DNA of 64,000 nt, from the NCBI RefSeq assembly GCF_009834535.1, contig NC_045696.1, positions 82,648,001-82,712,000 on the forward strand. The letters are read 5' to 3'. This DNA comes from Camelus ferus (lineage: Eukaryota). Under the pieces are notes generated by a model. The model had not been told where the DNA came from. It did not search any database and saw only the letters and a program-made list of their open reading frames with translations. How positions within the stretch are numbered: the first letter of the stretch is position 1; each line of letters starts with the position of its first letter. Made by a program: the position numbers and the translations under genes. Below, one piece after another: positions 38,741-53,640 of the stretch.

Positions 38741-41700
38741 CAAACTGGTTTTTAACAGTCTTCATTAGCATTATCATTCCAAAGTTGGGGATGCCCTTGC
38801 ATCCTTTCTTGTGAAAGCAGCATTGGGGAATTCAGTCTTTGAAGCTGGAGCTCTTTGGGATGGCAGAGCCCCCACATCACAGAAAGGTGTCTCCTTTCTA
38901 AGTAGCATGGGCAAGTCACCTTCCTAGAGCCAATATATTCAGAACACTGATGGACGTTTAAATGGTTCTTCTACTAAAGACTCTGGTGAGCATTTCTAAA
39001 CAGTGCAGAGGAAGAGGTTTTGACTTCCTGTCTGATGAACTTATGCTCTGAGAGCATGGTGGGGTGGGGGTCAGAGAGGTAAGAGCTCACCTTGTAACTC
39101 TCTCCATGTATTCTTCTTTTGAAGGGCCCTTTCTCCATTTTACTCTTCCTAATCTCCCTTGGCCGTCAACACTCCCGTGTCTTGCAAACTCTGGTCCCTC
39201 AGGCTTCAACTGGATAGTAATGGGGCTGATTTTCTCTCACAGAGAATTCGACCTTGTCTGTGAATTTGGGGGAGATAGGTGTGCTTTTATTCCACTTCAT
39301 GCTCTTCTTCAATGAGGACTGTGGTGGTGTCTGTTCTAATAACCTAAGAACAAATACACTTCACGACAGCAAGTATCTTCCTAAGGTGGCAGTGCCTCAT
39401 CTTACATGAGGAAAGCCTACTCTGCCTATTCACAAAACTTTGACCTTGTTCCACAGAAATAACAACCCTGGCCATCTTGTGAATTTGCCTTCTTCCTGGG
39501 CCCTATCCCATCAGTGGAACTCCCTATGAAGTGAGAATGGCTCTAAATCACTGAGAATAATGTCATAAGTAAATATATCATAATGAAGTGCATGGAAATT
39601 TTTCAGATGAGTGGAAACACATATCCCAATCTTTTCGTACATCATTATTTATTTACTCTTAAATTTTTCTTAAATTGTGGTACCTGGTGGGTCAGTGGGG
39701 TCCTGAGACTTTCTGGGCAGAAATTTGGGGATTCATAGGTCAGACTTGGCAGAAGACCCATTATGACTTCTCACTTGGAAAATTTCACTGTTCCGCATTA
39801 CCTTTGAGCATTCTGAACACAAGAGGCATCAAAAGTTTGGGTTTTCTTCTCACAAAGAAATACAAAAAAATGTGCTATTGGAAACTGAGGGTATACTTTC
39901 TGACTCATGGGATGTTAGAAGGGAGTACTTGAATTATTCGGTTGAGGATTTACAACTGAAAGTAACAACAGCCCAAAGTTGAGTTCACCTGAGTATGGGT
40001 AGAAGCTTCCTGGAGGAAGGCTTGTAGGGGGTCCCTGCTTCCCTGGGGCACAGCTGTCTTCTCCCTTCACTTCCCCTGATCATTATAACGTAATGTTAAT
40101 GTCTTATAACTTTCACAGCATGGCCTAAATTGTCACCAAACTGACATGTACTAATGATCTTTTGCTTACACAAACTCTGCTGTATCCTACAGCCTCTCTT
40201 CATATGGGGGCCTCCATTGAGAACAATCTGGATTTAGTAATATCCTTAATTAGAAGGTTTAATAAGAAGTTAGGACTTTGTTTTCTTTTTAAGTTGGAAA
40301 AGGCAGTAATCTCAAGAAAACCAGATGTGAACATAATATAAGAAGAGAATTTTCACTTTCTTTGTATTTTCCAAAGCCTGGAAATTCTCCTTTGAAGATG
40401 TTAATTCTATAAGAATATTGTCAGCAGTATAAAGGTTGAAGAGTGGTTGAGTTTGCCTATAGGTGAGCCAGGCTAAAAATTATGGAAAGTAGAACTTGAT
40501 GAAATCATGAATTGTTATGATTTGAATTATAGAGCTCCATATGGACCCCTGAACATTAATTTGTCTGGAACATCATGAAGGGTATTATGGTGAGGAGGGA
40601 TATAATGTCATTTGGTAAGGTTGACTCAAAAAGTGTTCATTTGAAGTCTGATTCCTCACCACCATAACTGATTTGATAGAGACATGGATCTCCAATGGAC
40701 TTTAGTTTCTGCTCTGCAAATCTTCCATGAACCTCACTGAGAGTCTAATATACAGTTTTAAAGTATGATTGAAGACTTTGAATTTCTACGTGTAGTCCAG
40801 CTAAGCACTGCAGAGCATTGATACCCAATTGTAATCGTCCAAGAATTTTGAGAAAGAAAAAAGAAGTCATTTTGCACTAGGTTTCTATGGGATAGGATGA
40901 AAGGTGCTGTAACCAGGTAAGGCAACACTTAAAATATTAGGACTTTTAAATCAGGAAAGTCCAAATTGTCATGTGATGTGATAGGCACATAGATGAACGT
41001 GACCTTCTTTAGTTGAATTAGTGTGGACGAGATGGGCCTGGAGGATTAGTTAATTCTACTAGAGCAAAAAAGATGAAAAAAAAAGTGGTAATTGCCACAA
41101 TAGGATGTTGGAATTCATTACCCAAGATGGAAAACATTGAAAATATAGCATAAATCAGGTGGTATTTCCATCATCAGCTGCCTCACCAAGGCTCTGTCAG
41201 CTGTGAATTTATCTGTCATCAATTGAAAACCACTTTTGTTTTCAGCCTCATGATAACTTTTATAAATTTATTCTAGTCTCATAAAAATCTTTATCTGTGT
41301 TTACTTTCATGCCTTAGATAGTTACTATTCATTTTAGTCTAGACCCTAAATATTTCCTCCCTATGAGACCCCTGAGCTTAGGAGTTCAGGAAGGGCAGAA
41401 AGACTGCCTTTGGACAGTTATCTTTTTGTCTTTGTGTCCTGGGGCTCTAAACCTTTCCCCCTCCACTGTCTTGGTCTTCTGTTCAACATAAAGAAAAGGT
41501 GATTTTCTGTGGCTTGAGACAGGGCATACCCTCCTTGAAGTAATAAGCTAGATCCCAATATGGTCTATAAAACAGGGCCACTCATAGACAGATTACAGGA
41601 ATGTTGGAAGAAAATTATGTAGTAATGAAAACTGGTCCATCTAAGTTTTTAAAAATGAGTGACCCTGTATTTTCAGGAAGAACGGAAACCTCTATTTAAT

Positions 41701-44700
41701 ACATGTCCTTTGGTCACTGAGATGTGTCAGAAACCTTGCCCTTTATTCTGAAATGCCTCTGTGTTAGCGTCGAAATGTAAAAATAATAAACAGCTGACAT
41801 TTTAGGCACAGACTAAACATCAAGCAAATGACATAACATCAAAGCTCTTGAGAGAGTTACAAAACGACAAGATGCCAAAAGAAGTGGGAAATAGTCACAG
41901 AATCTTCTATTTGCAGGAAGGGAATTATCGTGTAAGGGCCCTTTACCCAGATCTTCTGTTAGGGGGGTTTACTTCAATGGAAAATTGTTTTTCAGTTTGA
42001 ATTTATATAAAGCATTACTAGGGGCAGAAGATAACATATGGTTCCAAAATTCATTCTTATTTTCACTTATTGCTAATTAACTGATGTATGAACTCCACAC
42101 ACATGTCCTGTCTGTCTACCGTACATCCTCCTTGTCTCCCAGTGGTGCCGGACAGCAGTGACCAATGCCAGCCTTCTTTCCCTCCCCTCTTTCTTTTCCT
42201 TTTCTTTCTTCCCCTTTCCGTCTTTAATTTCTCTTGTTTTCTTTTTGTTTATTTTATATCTTCTTACCCTTAGCCAAATGTCAATCCCACACTCTTTACC
42301 TAATAGTTTTGGTTAAATTAATTGGGTAGCCATCCAATATATGTCACTTTCAGAGCAAATATGCACAGGATTTGACCATCTGGGGGACAGTTAGTCATTT
42401 CGAGGATGCAGGTGGGAAACACACCTGTAGTTAGTCACTTACAGGGACATTTGTCTGTACCGAAATCGTTTGCAGGTGTTAAGCATGTGCTTATGAAAAA
42501 GGGAAATAGGTATTTGGGGTCCAGAAGAAAACTTTCCTCTTAATTTAATATTATTTTCTCTCTTCCCTGTCTCTTGGTTACTTGGAGAACCAATGCATAT
42601 AGCTTTAACTTGATGTCTTGAATGACTGCAAAGAAGAGATAGAAATGCAGCTTTGGCTGTTTTATGTGGTTCAGAAAAGCATTCTCCTTGGCTCCAAGGA
42701 TCCATTTATATTTAGGCTTTACAGAAACAATGCTGTAAAGTTTTCTAGCTTTGAGGGCAAAATTCCTCATTAAAATCTGTGATATGTAGCATTTTAGTGA
42801 ATTTTAGCCACGTTTTTTAAGGCTATTGTTAGGTAGCTGTTAGCTTTCCCAGTGTTTCTAATAAAGAACAAAATTATCTAAACTATTTGATGATTACTAG
42901 TGAGTATTGGTAAACTTTTTTAATGAGCTTTCATGAAAGCATATTAACCATATATCTTGTACCCATAGGATAAAAAATAGAAACAGTGAGAAATTCAGCA
43001 ACCAGGATCCCAGGGCTCTGTTGACATCAAATTTGGCAGAGTTTGAAAATTCTGTGATCATTTTTCTCCTTCTGTGACACTACGCTTGTTCCTTCTTCAA
43101 AAACATTTGCCTTAGCGTGGGGAATTATAGATAATTTGATGCAACAGGTTTAAGTTACCATTTTCATAGTGAAAAGAATAGCTTAGCATGATCCCGATTT
43201 TCCTTGGTTTCCTCCCATTCTCGAAAGAAGCAGAGGTATTCACATTTCTTTGTCTAACAGTTTTATAATGTCTTAAGAGATTAACAGTGAGCATGAATGA
43301 GGGCCTACGGATTAGACAACAAAAAGCCTGGGACGTCCACTACCTTACTTGCAAATTTTACATTTTCCAGCATTGCTGAGCGCGTATAGAAACTAAGGAA
43401 AGATAATAAGTACCAGAGTCTCAAAAGTGTTTAGTGATTCAAAAAATTCAGATGACATGTCAGAACTGACAGACTCATGGGCCCGTCTGTGGCAGGCCCA
43501 CTTTCTTGTCTCATGTTGAGCTCTCACACTGAGTGAATGCAGATGTTATCACCGCGCCCCAGACAGACAGCCAGTGAAATGTGACAAGCTGTCAGCAAAG
43601 TTACACTACGTTGATTTTGTTAAAATATCCACAAGCTTTATGGTTTCTCTTTATATAAAACCCTTACCTCATTTAGTCAAGAGAATGGAAGCTGCTGGGG
43701 AGCTCACTGAGCCTTCATCATCCTCAGACTACCTTGGGGCCTTCCTCCGGGGAAATTTCACTTAGCAGATTAAGTAGTAATGCACCCCAAATATCGAATC
43801 CCAAAGTATCTCCGAGTAACATTTTTCTCTTTCAACTTGTTCTATAATTTTTTGTTCACTTTACATTGCACCTCAACACTTTGGCAAAGGATGTTTCAAG
43901 ATCAGAAAGAGTGAATTTTCTTCATTTAAATTAGGAGCCAAGATGAGAGGTTAAAAAATCTGAAGGGCCACTTAAAAGCCTTTCTTCACGGAGGTTGAGG
44001 CGTGGAAAATGAAAATGTGAGCTTCATCAGAAACTAAGATCTTTGCTTCCACTTTTTTTTTTTTAATTTTTAAACCCTGCAAATTAACACTGGCAAGAGG
44101 AAAATCTCCATTGAAAACAAAACATTTGGCAGTTCGTGAAAATAAATTCTACTCTCCATATATGGTTTAGACGTTTAGATTTTTCTTATAAGTTGGGAAA
44201 ATAAAAAAATAGTAAAGAAGAACTCTAGAGAATTTTTAATGCTGTAACATATTTATATCTAAAGATATGTCTTGCTTATTAAGTGATCATTTTGACATCA
44301 ATTTTAGATTCAATTTAACTCAAGAATTGAGAAGTCAGAAAGAGCAAAACAATAATTAATTGAGCAAAATTAAATGAAAGTATACATTTAGAAACTGCAG
44401 TCTTAACTATATTGTTTTTAGTGATAATAATGATATCTTTTAAACTAAGGAAGACATCAGTTTTGACATTTGAGTTTAACACGGTGGAGTTTATTTGTAG
44501 TCTCTGGGTGCAATAATTGGTTGCCTTTTACCCCATGTGGAAGGGATCCTATTGCATATAATTTATTTGACTTCAAATTGCAAATTATTTGGTGGAAGAT
44601 TACTTTGCAATCCTAGTTTCCACAAGTTAACCTCTGTTTATACATTCACTTTTGCAAATTAAAGGTGAAAGTAAAACACGAGCCTCGCATGTTTTGTTCT

Positions 44701-47700
44701 ATTTATATTGTCACCGAGGACATTAACATACAATGAGAAACTGTTCTGTGATTTTGAAAAATGAAAAGTCAAGACATTTTGAAGATAGCATCTAGCCCAG
44801 TGTTTTTGTAAAACTCAGAACTAAATAATCAAACGAAATTATGCATATGGAGGAAATGATTTAGAATATGTTTCGCTGCTAATCGCACTCATGCTGAAGT
44901 TTTAAATTTCATCTGTCTGCTCAGATCTATTGTGAGCCATTAAGTGGCTTCCTTTTTTCCCGACAAATTGAATGCTGCAACTGCAAGGAGCTCTTTTGTT
45001 CTTTTAATTCAGTCAGCATGGAAATGATTTTCTCATTTCAGGCCCTTTTCTGTCCTCTCTTCATTGTGTCAATAAAATAGAGTTGTGCAGAGCTGCTCTA
45101 ATCAGCTTAGAGTGCTAATTCATTGCTCCGGGATGCTATCTGTGTTTGGCTACAGGTGGGCACTCTAAGGGGTCAGTCTCCAGGGGAGTGTAATTGTGTG
45201 TCTCCTGGGGCTTGTTTGCAGAATGACCTAAAGCTGAAGCCCCAGCTTGGGAAGGGGGGGAAAAAACTGAACAAACATATGCCCACGCAAACATATACAG
45301 CTGTATTTTCATGGTGACCATTCACTTGGGCTGACATTCTGAGAGTCTAGCAACATTCCTGGCATTTTACCTCTTCTCAGTCTTCGAGGATTTAGCCATA
45401 AAACATGAATTCTTTTAAAATTTGCACACATTTCCTAAGGGTTCAGCTATATAGTATTTCCAAGATACGAGTTAAAGGCTAGGCTAGGATTGTTAAATGT
45501 GTGTGGATAATACGACCAAACTAAACTAAAAAAGAGAAACAGAAACCATGCCAATTTTGGAAAATATATTCTTTTGTGTCTTGTGAAAGTAGCTTAATAC
45601 ATAAATATGGAAATATTATGAATTAGTAAATTAAGCTTTATGAGCAGTGAGGAATTTCTGGCAACTTTGGAGGAGAAATAATGATCAGTTATTTGGAATG
45701 AGAGGAAAAATTGCTAGGCATGAGGTTTTTGAGTGTGTTGTCCTTGGGCAGTCTAGGGGGATGGTAAATCTTTCTGGGATTATTGTCAGGGTAAGTGTCA
45801 AAAATGTGTTGTGAATATGATCTTATTTACTAGGTTAGATATTTTTGGTATTAGGATTAAAAATGCCATAACATCTTCTTTTAATTTTTTCCTAACACTT
45901 TTGATTTTTTAAAAAATTCCCAATACGTTGGAATTAATTTCACTCTCAATGGAAAATCTTCAGGACTTCATTACTCAGGTCACTATATAATAACCTTAAG
46001 TAGGTTTACAAAGTAGAAAGGAAAGAAGCGATAAAAGATTTCAGTTACGTGAAATCTGTCAGTTAGCTGTAGAAGTACTGAGCAAATATTCTCTTGTTTG
46101 CTTAGGAAACTTAATACTTGTCCAGTATATTAGAAAAAAAATCCTGCTTATTAATAGAATAATTAGGGTGAAATGCTGTATCACTTGAATATTTTGAGAA
46201 GAAATTTTATAGTCTTATTGTAATAAATTCTAATTGGCTTTACCAATATGCCCATTTACAGAATTTGTATTGTTATATATGAAGTTTTGTGTCAGTACAG
46301 TAATTAGTTTGTAGAAATACAGGTTCTTAAGATATATATAAGGGAAATAAAGTTATCTTTCATATGTTTAGAGGACATTGTTTGGTTTTAATTCTTTAAT
46401 TCTGCTTTCTCTCTCCAACTAATATTCCAGCTGTATAACATAGCTGGTTTGGATGATCTTGTAATACTGTTGCTTCCTGAAAAAGATTCTGAATATCACT
46501 TAGCTATTTACATTTATTTATTTAGGATTAATTTGGACTCTTATCAGAAGATGAAGGAGAAAAATGAAAACAGAGCAACTTGTAAAACTGATCTCTCTTT
46601 TTTTTTTTTTCCATTTAGAAATGTTATTATGTAAGGCTCCAAGATAGTCAGAATTCAAATCCCTTAGTCTTCACAAGAGTAAATTTTCCATTTGATTGTT
46701 CCAATTTTCCAAATGATTGTTAACTGTTAATGACTTTTCTAATATAAGGAATTATATTTTCAGACAAAAATAGTTTCAGTGATTTTTCTGAAATTGATGA
46801 GGTAGTTTATTGACTTTATTTTATCTTTTAAAAGTGCTTTTGTTCTTACTTCCTATTTTATTTTCCTAGAAATTGTTTCTTTTTTTCAGAAAACTGAATG
46901 TGAGGTCACTTTAGCATTGTCTGTCTCTAATAAATAGCCAAATCCTTTGTACATGCTATGTAGGCTTATGTAGTGGGAATCATTCAGTGAAGAGGAAAAT
47001 AAGCAATGTTTTCACAATTTGTTTTGGTAATTTTTATTATTATAAGAATACATTTTGGCTTCTTGGGAAAAATTAAAATCAACATTATAACTTCTCTTTT
47101 GCCAGGAGAGTCTAAATTTCATGTTAGCACTGTTTTGGTCCAGATAGCAAAGCTCTAACCCTCATTCAGTTCAAATGGCCCACCAAAGAAAGCAGAAAGA
47201 AATGAGAATATATGCTTGAAAGGGATTTTTTTTTGCTTTAAAGAAATTGCATTCTCTCCTTAAGTCATCTATTTCACTTAATTCTCTTCTGCATTGTGTA
47301 GATTTGTCATAGGATAAATGTTGGTGAAATGATTTGTCCTGATGCCCTATGGCAGAATATACTGGGTATGGCTCAGAAGCCTATTGGATAAAATGAAGTT
47401 GGCTTGTCTTTGCTATTTTTTTTTTCTGATTGTCAGTTCCAAGTTTTGTAATGATGCTGTGGATCTTTTCATTCCTTGAATGAGAAGGACTTGAAATTAA
47501 ACATTAAAAGTTTGAGTTGAGTAGTGAAATAACATTGTTGGATTGGTTTTTCTTCTACCACTAACTTTTAAAGTAGTAGAATACTTTAGGGGAAAAAAAT
47601 ACCAGGAATATTATCATGTATGTGCTTTCAGCTGTTAAGTAGTAAACCCTACAATTAAACTATCACCGTCATTGTCAAGGAGATAATTGCAAAGTAACAT

Positions 47701-49369
47701 TAGCTAATTACCTAGAGAGTCGCTTTACTATGTGACTCCTACTTGGTTGTAGACATCTAACCAATATGTGTCATTTCTGGTGTGAAAAATTCTTTGTATA
47801 ATTTTACCAAAAATAACCAGCTTCAAGGAATTATTCACTGACCTCCTGAGATTTATCTCTTTAAATGCCATCAGTAATCTTCTAGCATAACTCAATTATT
47901 TGCCACCTTACAGGACAAATCTACTTGTTTTAAATATAAGTAAATTATGACTATATAAAATGAAATATAAAACAAATGTAAAATCTATCAGATTTGAATA
48001 ATTCTCTTCTTCCCATTTTAGTTTAAAAAATAAAAACAACACTTATTTTAGTTCTATGGTTGGAAAAATAGACTCTTTGGAAACACTTGGTCTCCAGAAA
48101 ACAATTTCTAGGATAAATGCTTAACATTCCTAAATAAGAGGTCATCAATGCAATTTTCTGTGATTCAGAGATGAATGGGATCCGTCCATTATCAATTTCT
48201 CAATCAGGGAAAAAAGGAAATTAAGTTCCTAATTAGGTGAATTTGGACTAAAGAGGTGGGGCATTGAAGGGATGAGGAAAATGGAGAGGTAGTTGATGCC
48301 ATTTCAGACTAATGATAGGAGAGGAAATGAAGAAGGGGGAGGGCCAGAGTTGAGCCTGAAAGGTCAGCGACCTTATTAGGACAAGAGTAGTGGTAGATCT
48401 TCAAAAGCTTTTACCTGCGATAGGCTGACAAGGTGTCAGGTTGGACAAAGATGCAAATACTTGAAAAAGAAGTTGGTAAAAATAAGATTGCATATTTTTA
48501 TAAGGAAAACATCTGCTTTGCAGGGAGAGAAAATGACACTCACCAGCTTTGTGACTACAATTTCTTGCTAATTTTTCTGTGTTATGGAATATTCCTTTAA
48601 CTGAATTTACTTTAGTGTAGGATTGATAATGCTGCTTTTCAGGGTTAGGTTTCATTTTTAATACAATGAGCATTTATTCTGTATCTGTACCTATTAGAAA
48701 GATGCATAATTTTATAAATACACTGTGGCCTACATTTATCACAGGAAACGCAAAATAATATATCTTGTGTTTCAAATATCTATCATACATATGTGCATAT
48801 ATTTTTATGTGGTTGAGACTTCTGTTGTTCCTTAGTAATCTAAATTATCTAGGTATTTACCACTGATACAAATGTGTAAAATTTTAGTCTTTGGCCACTA
48901 TGCTTCAGAAGTTCTCAAACAAAGGGATTCTCAAGATAAAGTGGAAACATCTATCTCAAGAAATAAAAGATAATTTATAATATTTTAGTTACCTATAATC
49001 TTTCAGGAATGTTTTTCTAATATTTTTTACTAATGTTGTAAAGGGAATAATGAGCAAATAATTTAAATGTTTGGGAATGTTAATCAGATTAACTAGATAA
49101 GAAAGTTAAGTTATGAATTTGGGGCAATTTTGACTAAGTTATATATGTTGATTACTAGTACTATAATCTTAAGAAACATGCTTTTTAACATTTAATGTCC
49201 TTTATTGAGTAGCATGAGTACTTCCAGTATAGCTTTGACCTGTATATTTTTCCAGAGAACAAGTGATCACTCTTTTATTATTACAAACACCCAATAAATG
49301 AAATATTTCAGATTCTTTCCATTTTAATCCTATATGCGTAGTAAACACACAGTCACAGACCTTTTATTA

Positions 49370-49688
49370 CATTATTGTCCAATGGAAACATAACATGAGC
49401 CACATACATAATTTAAAATATTCTTGTAGTTGCACTTATAAAAAGTAAAAAAAAAGGAAAAAGATATAATTCATTTTAGTAATATGGTTAATCTAACCAA
49501 TATATACAAAGTATTATCATTTCAAATGAAAAACAAAGTAAAAATTATTACTGAAATATTTTACCTTTTTTGGCACTAAAGTCTTTGAAATCTGGTGTGT
49601 ATATTTATAACACATCTTAACTTGGAGTAGCCATATTTCAAGTTCTTAGCAGTCACATGTGGCTAACAGCTACCGTGTTCAACACAGT
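49370..49688. mobile_element. MER33 (hAT-Charlie), second copy, same orientation as the 9.3 kb copy
   Basis: ttgtccaatggaaacataacatgagccacata...gtagccatatttcaagttcttagcagtcacatgtggctaacagctaccgtg. Confidence 0.87.
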
Positions 49689-49734
49689 TGTAGAAAATCT
49701 TGAGGGCTCAATCTTTCACAGTGTGATTCAGGTC

Positions 49735-49895
49735 AATGTTAGAGAGTGTGAGCACTGAAAGCCACCATGAAGGACATCTGGTCCCGCCCACTCATCTTAT
49801 AAATGAGGACCCTGAGGGTCAGGGAGGGTCAGCTACTTGCCCAAGGTCACTTAACTGCTTTGGAGAGTAGGACTTGGACCAGATTCCCAGTCTTT
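49735..49895 (-). mobile_element. MIR/MIR3 fragment
   Basis: ctcatcttataaatgaggaccctgagggtcagggagggtcagctacttgcccaaggtcac. Confidence 0.8.
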
Positions 49896-52800
49896 TGTTT
49901 AATCTTTGTTATTTTGAATTCTATTAAAATATGCCGCTTTTGCTATTTATGCAAAGGTATCAAAATATGGTAAGAGAATAATTAAGTGAAAAACCAACCA
50001 ACCAACTGAACAAACAAACATAACTGGCATAGTCTTGAACTTTGAATGTTGAAGGAGGACTACTTAGGTAAAGGATTATTTGTGAAGATTTCTTGCATGA
50101 ACTGTGTATCACTTGATTAGAAGCTATCATATTTTTATGAATAAATATTCATATTGTAAGTAAATACATGAATTAATTTTAGCCATTATAGATCATTTAC
50201 TTTGATATTTCTCTCAGTCCCAAAAAAGGAAATAAACGCAGGTCTTTCATTTCATTTTACACTGAGTTACTAGCCTTTTTGCTTTGTTGTGATTGAAGCC
50301 ATGATAGGAAAATGACTGAAGCCTGGCCTCTTATTCGAGGGCCCACAGACACAAAAAAGAGAACTTGATTGTTCAGATTTCTGCATTTTTCTTTCCTGAG
50401 ACAATATCTGAAATGAAGCCCCACCTGACAGGGTCAATAAAACGCTACTGATTACAATTTATCTGGAAAGCATAAACGGGAGAGATACAGGTCTTCTTTT
50501 ACAGAATTGGCAGCTGATGCTTATTGAACCTGAGCTAACATTTCCAAATGAAACGAGGTGGGTAAGTTTGAGTCATGTGATAACAGTGCTGTCATCCCGG
50601 AGAACAGTCTCGGTGTGAATCAGCACAGTGTGAAACTCAAACATGCCAGCGCCAAGGGGATGTCAGGGAGACTCCCTCAGTTAAAGGCGCGCATACCTGT
50701 ATCCATGGGAGGGCTCCCCACTAAAGCCTGAAGTGGCCACAGGTTCCCAAAGAAAGAGAAGGGCTGCTGTCACCGACTCGATGGGGTTTGTAATAGTATC
50801 GTCCTGTTTTCACTCTCCACAGTAGAACGTTTCTACTAGGCTAACAAGGCAGAGGGTAATGAGAAACATGCCAAGTTTAAAAAAAAAAAAAAAGAGCAAG
50901 AGTGAGGAGTCTAACCTACGAACAGGAAACAAATGTGATCAATTACTCCAAGTGTGGCGCTCGCAGATACCTTATCTTAGGGCTCCTTAAAAATAAAAGC
51001 CTGATTGTTACCAAATGCGTCTAAGAAGTGAGGGGGAAAAACACATTCATGGGGGAGAGTGGGGGGGTGGCGCTGAGCAGGAGGGGCAGCAGGGGTGAAC
51101 ATGACTTTATATTGATGTAAAAAGTGCAATTCTACTGTTTCTCTGTCTCCTGAAGTATTTAGAGAAGTGGTTAACAACCAATCATAGCCTTAACCGAGCA
51201 AGCAGTAAAACAGTTCAATGTTTGAAAAATAAAAATACTCTGACTATGACACAGAGGGGAGGGGAGGTAGACTTAAACAGCAGTACATAGCGCTGGTCAT
51301 GGCTCAGTCAGTTTGACATGTTTGTTCTCTTCTACATAATTATTTGATTAAAATATCTTAAAGAAGAAATGCTATTTTCAAAACGATTACCAAGAAAAGT
51401 TCTTAGTCATAAATACAGAGAAAGTATTAAACTTTGACTAAATTGAAATATTCATTTTTAACTTTTGGATGTGTGCAAGGGAGTCTGTAGAGAAAACATT
51501 CACTTACTCTGTGAAATAAATAATCATAGCAATTACAGAGTTCATAACATTTATCTTAAAGTGACTGCTTTCTTCTCTTAGTCTCCAAAGAACAAGGCAG
51601 AATCTAATGAAAAGATGTATGTTCTACTCATCCTCAAATATGAAAGGAAAGACCGTGGTTAAGGCTAGAAGTAAAAACCTCAGAGCTGGCAGGTCTTGGC
51701 TACATATTCCCCAAACTTCCCATAAGTGCAATAGAATTAACACTATCCCTTTCTTGGAGATCCTGGGTCAGTAGGTGTTACAGGATTATGTTATGAGGTG
51801 TGACTATAAAGTAGTGAGACTGTTTTTCACACTCTACACCCAGAAACAGCCTCTTTTTACTTCAGTGGATGAAACATCATCATTTTTCTAAGAGCATGCA
51901 CCTCATCTGGTCCTTCTGCACACATGTGTGCATGTAGACAGACCCTGCAGAATTCCCATCTCTCTCCACTCTCACATTAACTAGCACTGCGTTCTCAGGG
52001 AACTTCAGCAAAACATGACATAGACTTCTTTCTGTTGGTAGAAATGATTTTTTTTGAAGCTCAGTGTCTTGTGGGGACGAGGCTGTGTAGATAAGCAGAG
52101 AGAGACAGTCATCCATTTTTAGAGGACTTTGTTAGAATGGTCTTGCCATCCTGTCCTTCCCATATTTTTCCAATTAAGTTCTAGCCTTGGAATCAAATGT
52201 CTTCATGGGATGGCAGCCTGCTCCAGGAGGCTATTTTGCACATATTCTGTAGCATGCTTAGCAATTGGGCCTGTCAGTCAGTCAACACGTATTTATTGGG
52301 CGTTTATGTGGCGACCCAGACAAATCCATTCCCTGAGCTCTTGCTCTTGTGCTTTCAGGGGCCTGTTATCTGCACAGAATGTCTAATTGGAGTTTTCTTT
52401 TTCAAAGTAGACTCATCTCCATTTGAATTACAAGAAGGAAGGTGGGACTGTTGGAGTAATAGCATCCTTTTATTATGGGCCACTTCAACCCATTTAAGGG
52501 TAGAAAACTTACCTTATGGATATCTTTCAGTTAATTCTACCCTTTCCCCATTTTTGTCCTTTATTTTTGGTTAATATGATTATGAAAGAAACACTTGAAC
52601 ATGGAAAACTCAAGCAGTGCCTAAGTACGCCTCCTTCTCCTGATAGACACTCCGTGCCTCTCCTTAGTTTCAGCAATTTCTTGCATATCATTCCAAAAAG
52701 TTCACATGGAAACTGCATGTATACACATACATGCATTGTATGTTTGTGGACAGAAATTTTGTGTGTGTGTGCAAAGTGTATCTCTCTATTCATTTATCTG

Positions 52801-52949
52801 CTTTATTTTTGTAGTAATATTTTGGACAGCTTTCTCTAGCTATGTCTACGTATCTATTCATCTATCTATAGTCTACATATCTATCTGTATCTATATAGCT
52901 GGATAGCTAGCTACTTAATTCTTTAAAATATTTATTTAATTAAATAAGC

Positions 52950-53640
52950 ACACTTGTCTCCCTTCATCTTAACTCCCTCCCAGAGGCACAACCAATGTGT
53001 TTATTGTGTATCTTTCTAGAGGTATCACATCCATGTAGAAGCAAAAATGCGTATCTTTGCTTTTCTCTTTTACACAAGTTTTATAAATGCACCGTTCTGC
53101 AGTTTGCTTTTTTCTCACTCTACTATTTATCTTGCAGATCATCCCATATCAATGTGTAAAGAACCTGCTCGTTCTTTTTTATTTGTGGTGTAGTATTCTG
53201 TTGAATGTGTGTACCGTAAGTTTTATTATTATTATTATTATTTGCTATTTCAAACAATGATAAATGAATAACTTTGTACATGGAGCATTTGGGAGCTGTG
53301 TGAGAATATCTACAGAATAAATTCCTAGAAGTGAACTAGATGAGTCAAAGAGTATGTGCATCTCTGTTTCAGGTTTTGCCAGTTTTACATAGTTGTATTA
53401 ACCAATCCTCCCAGCAGCAGCATCTGAAGGTGCCGATTTGCCCACTCCTACAAATCAGCATGGTATAATACCAAGTTACTTGACCTTTTCCAATCATAGG
53501 TAAAAGATGATATTTCAGTGTGTTTTTAATTTACATTTCTCTTATTCTGAGAGTGCTGGCTAAGCTTTATTTTCCCACATAGCTTAAGGGCCATTTGTGT
53601 TTTTTTATTCCTTGAACTGTCACTTAAGTCAACATTTTTT
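52950..53640 (-). mobile_element. Old LINE-1 (L1ME-like) fragment
   Basis: ataaattcctagaagtgaactagatgagtcaaagagtatgtgcat; ttttaatttacatttctcttatt; ggccatttgtgttttt. Confidence 0.8.
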
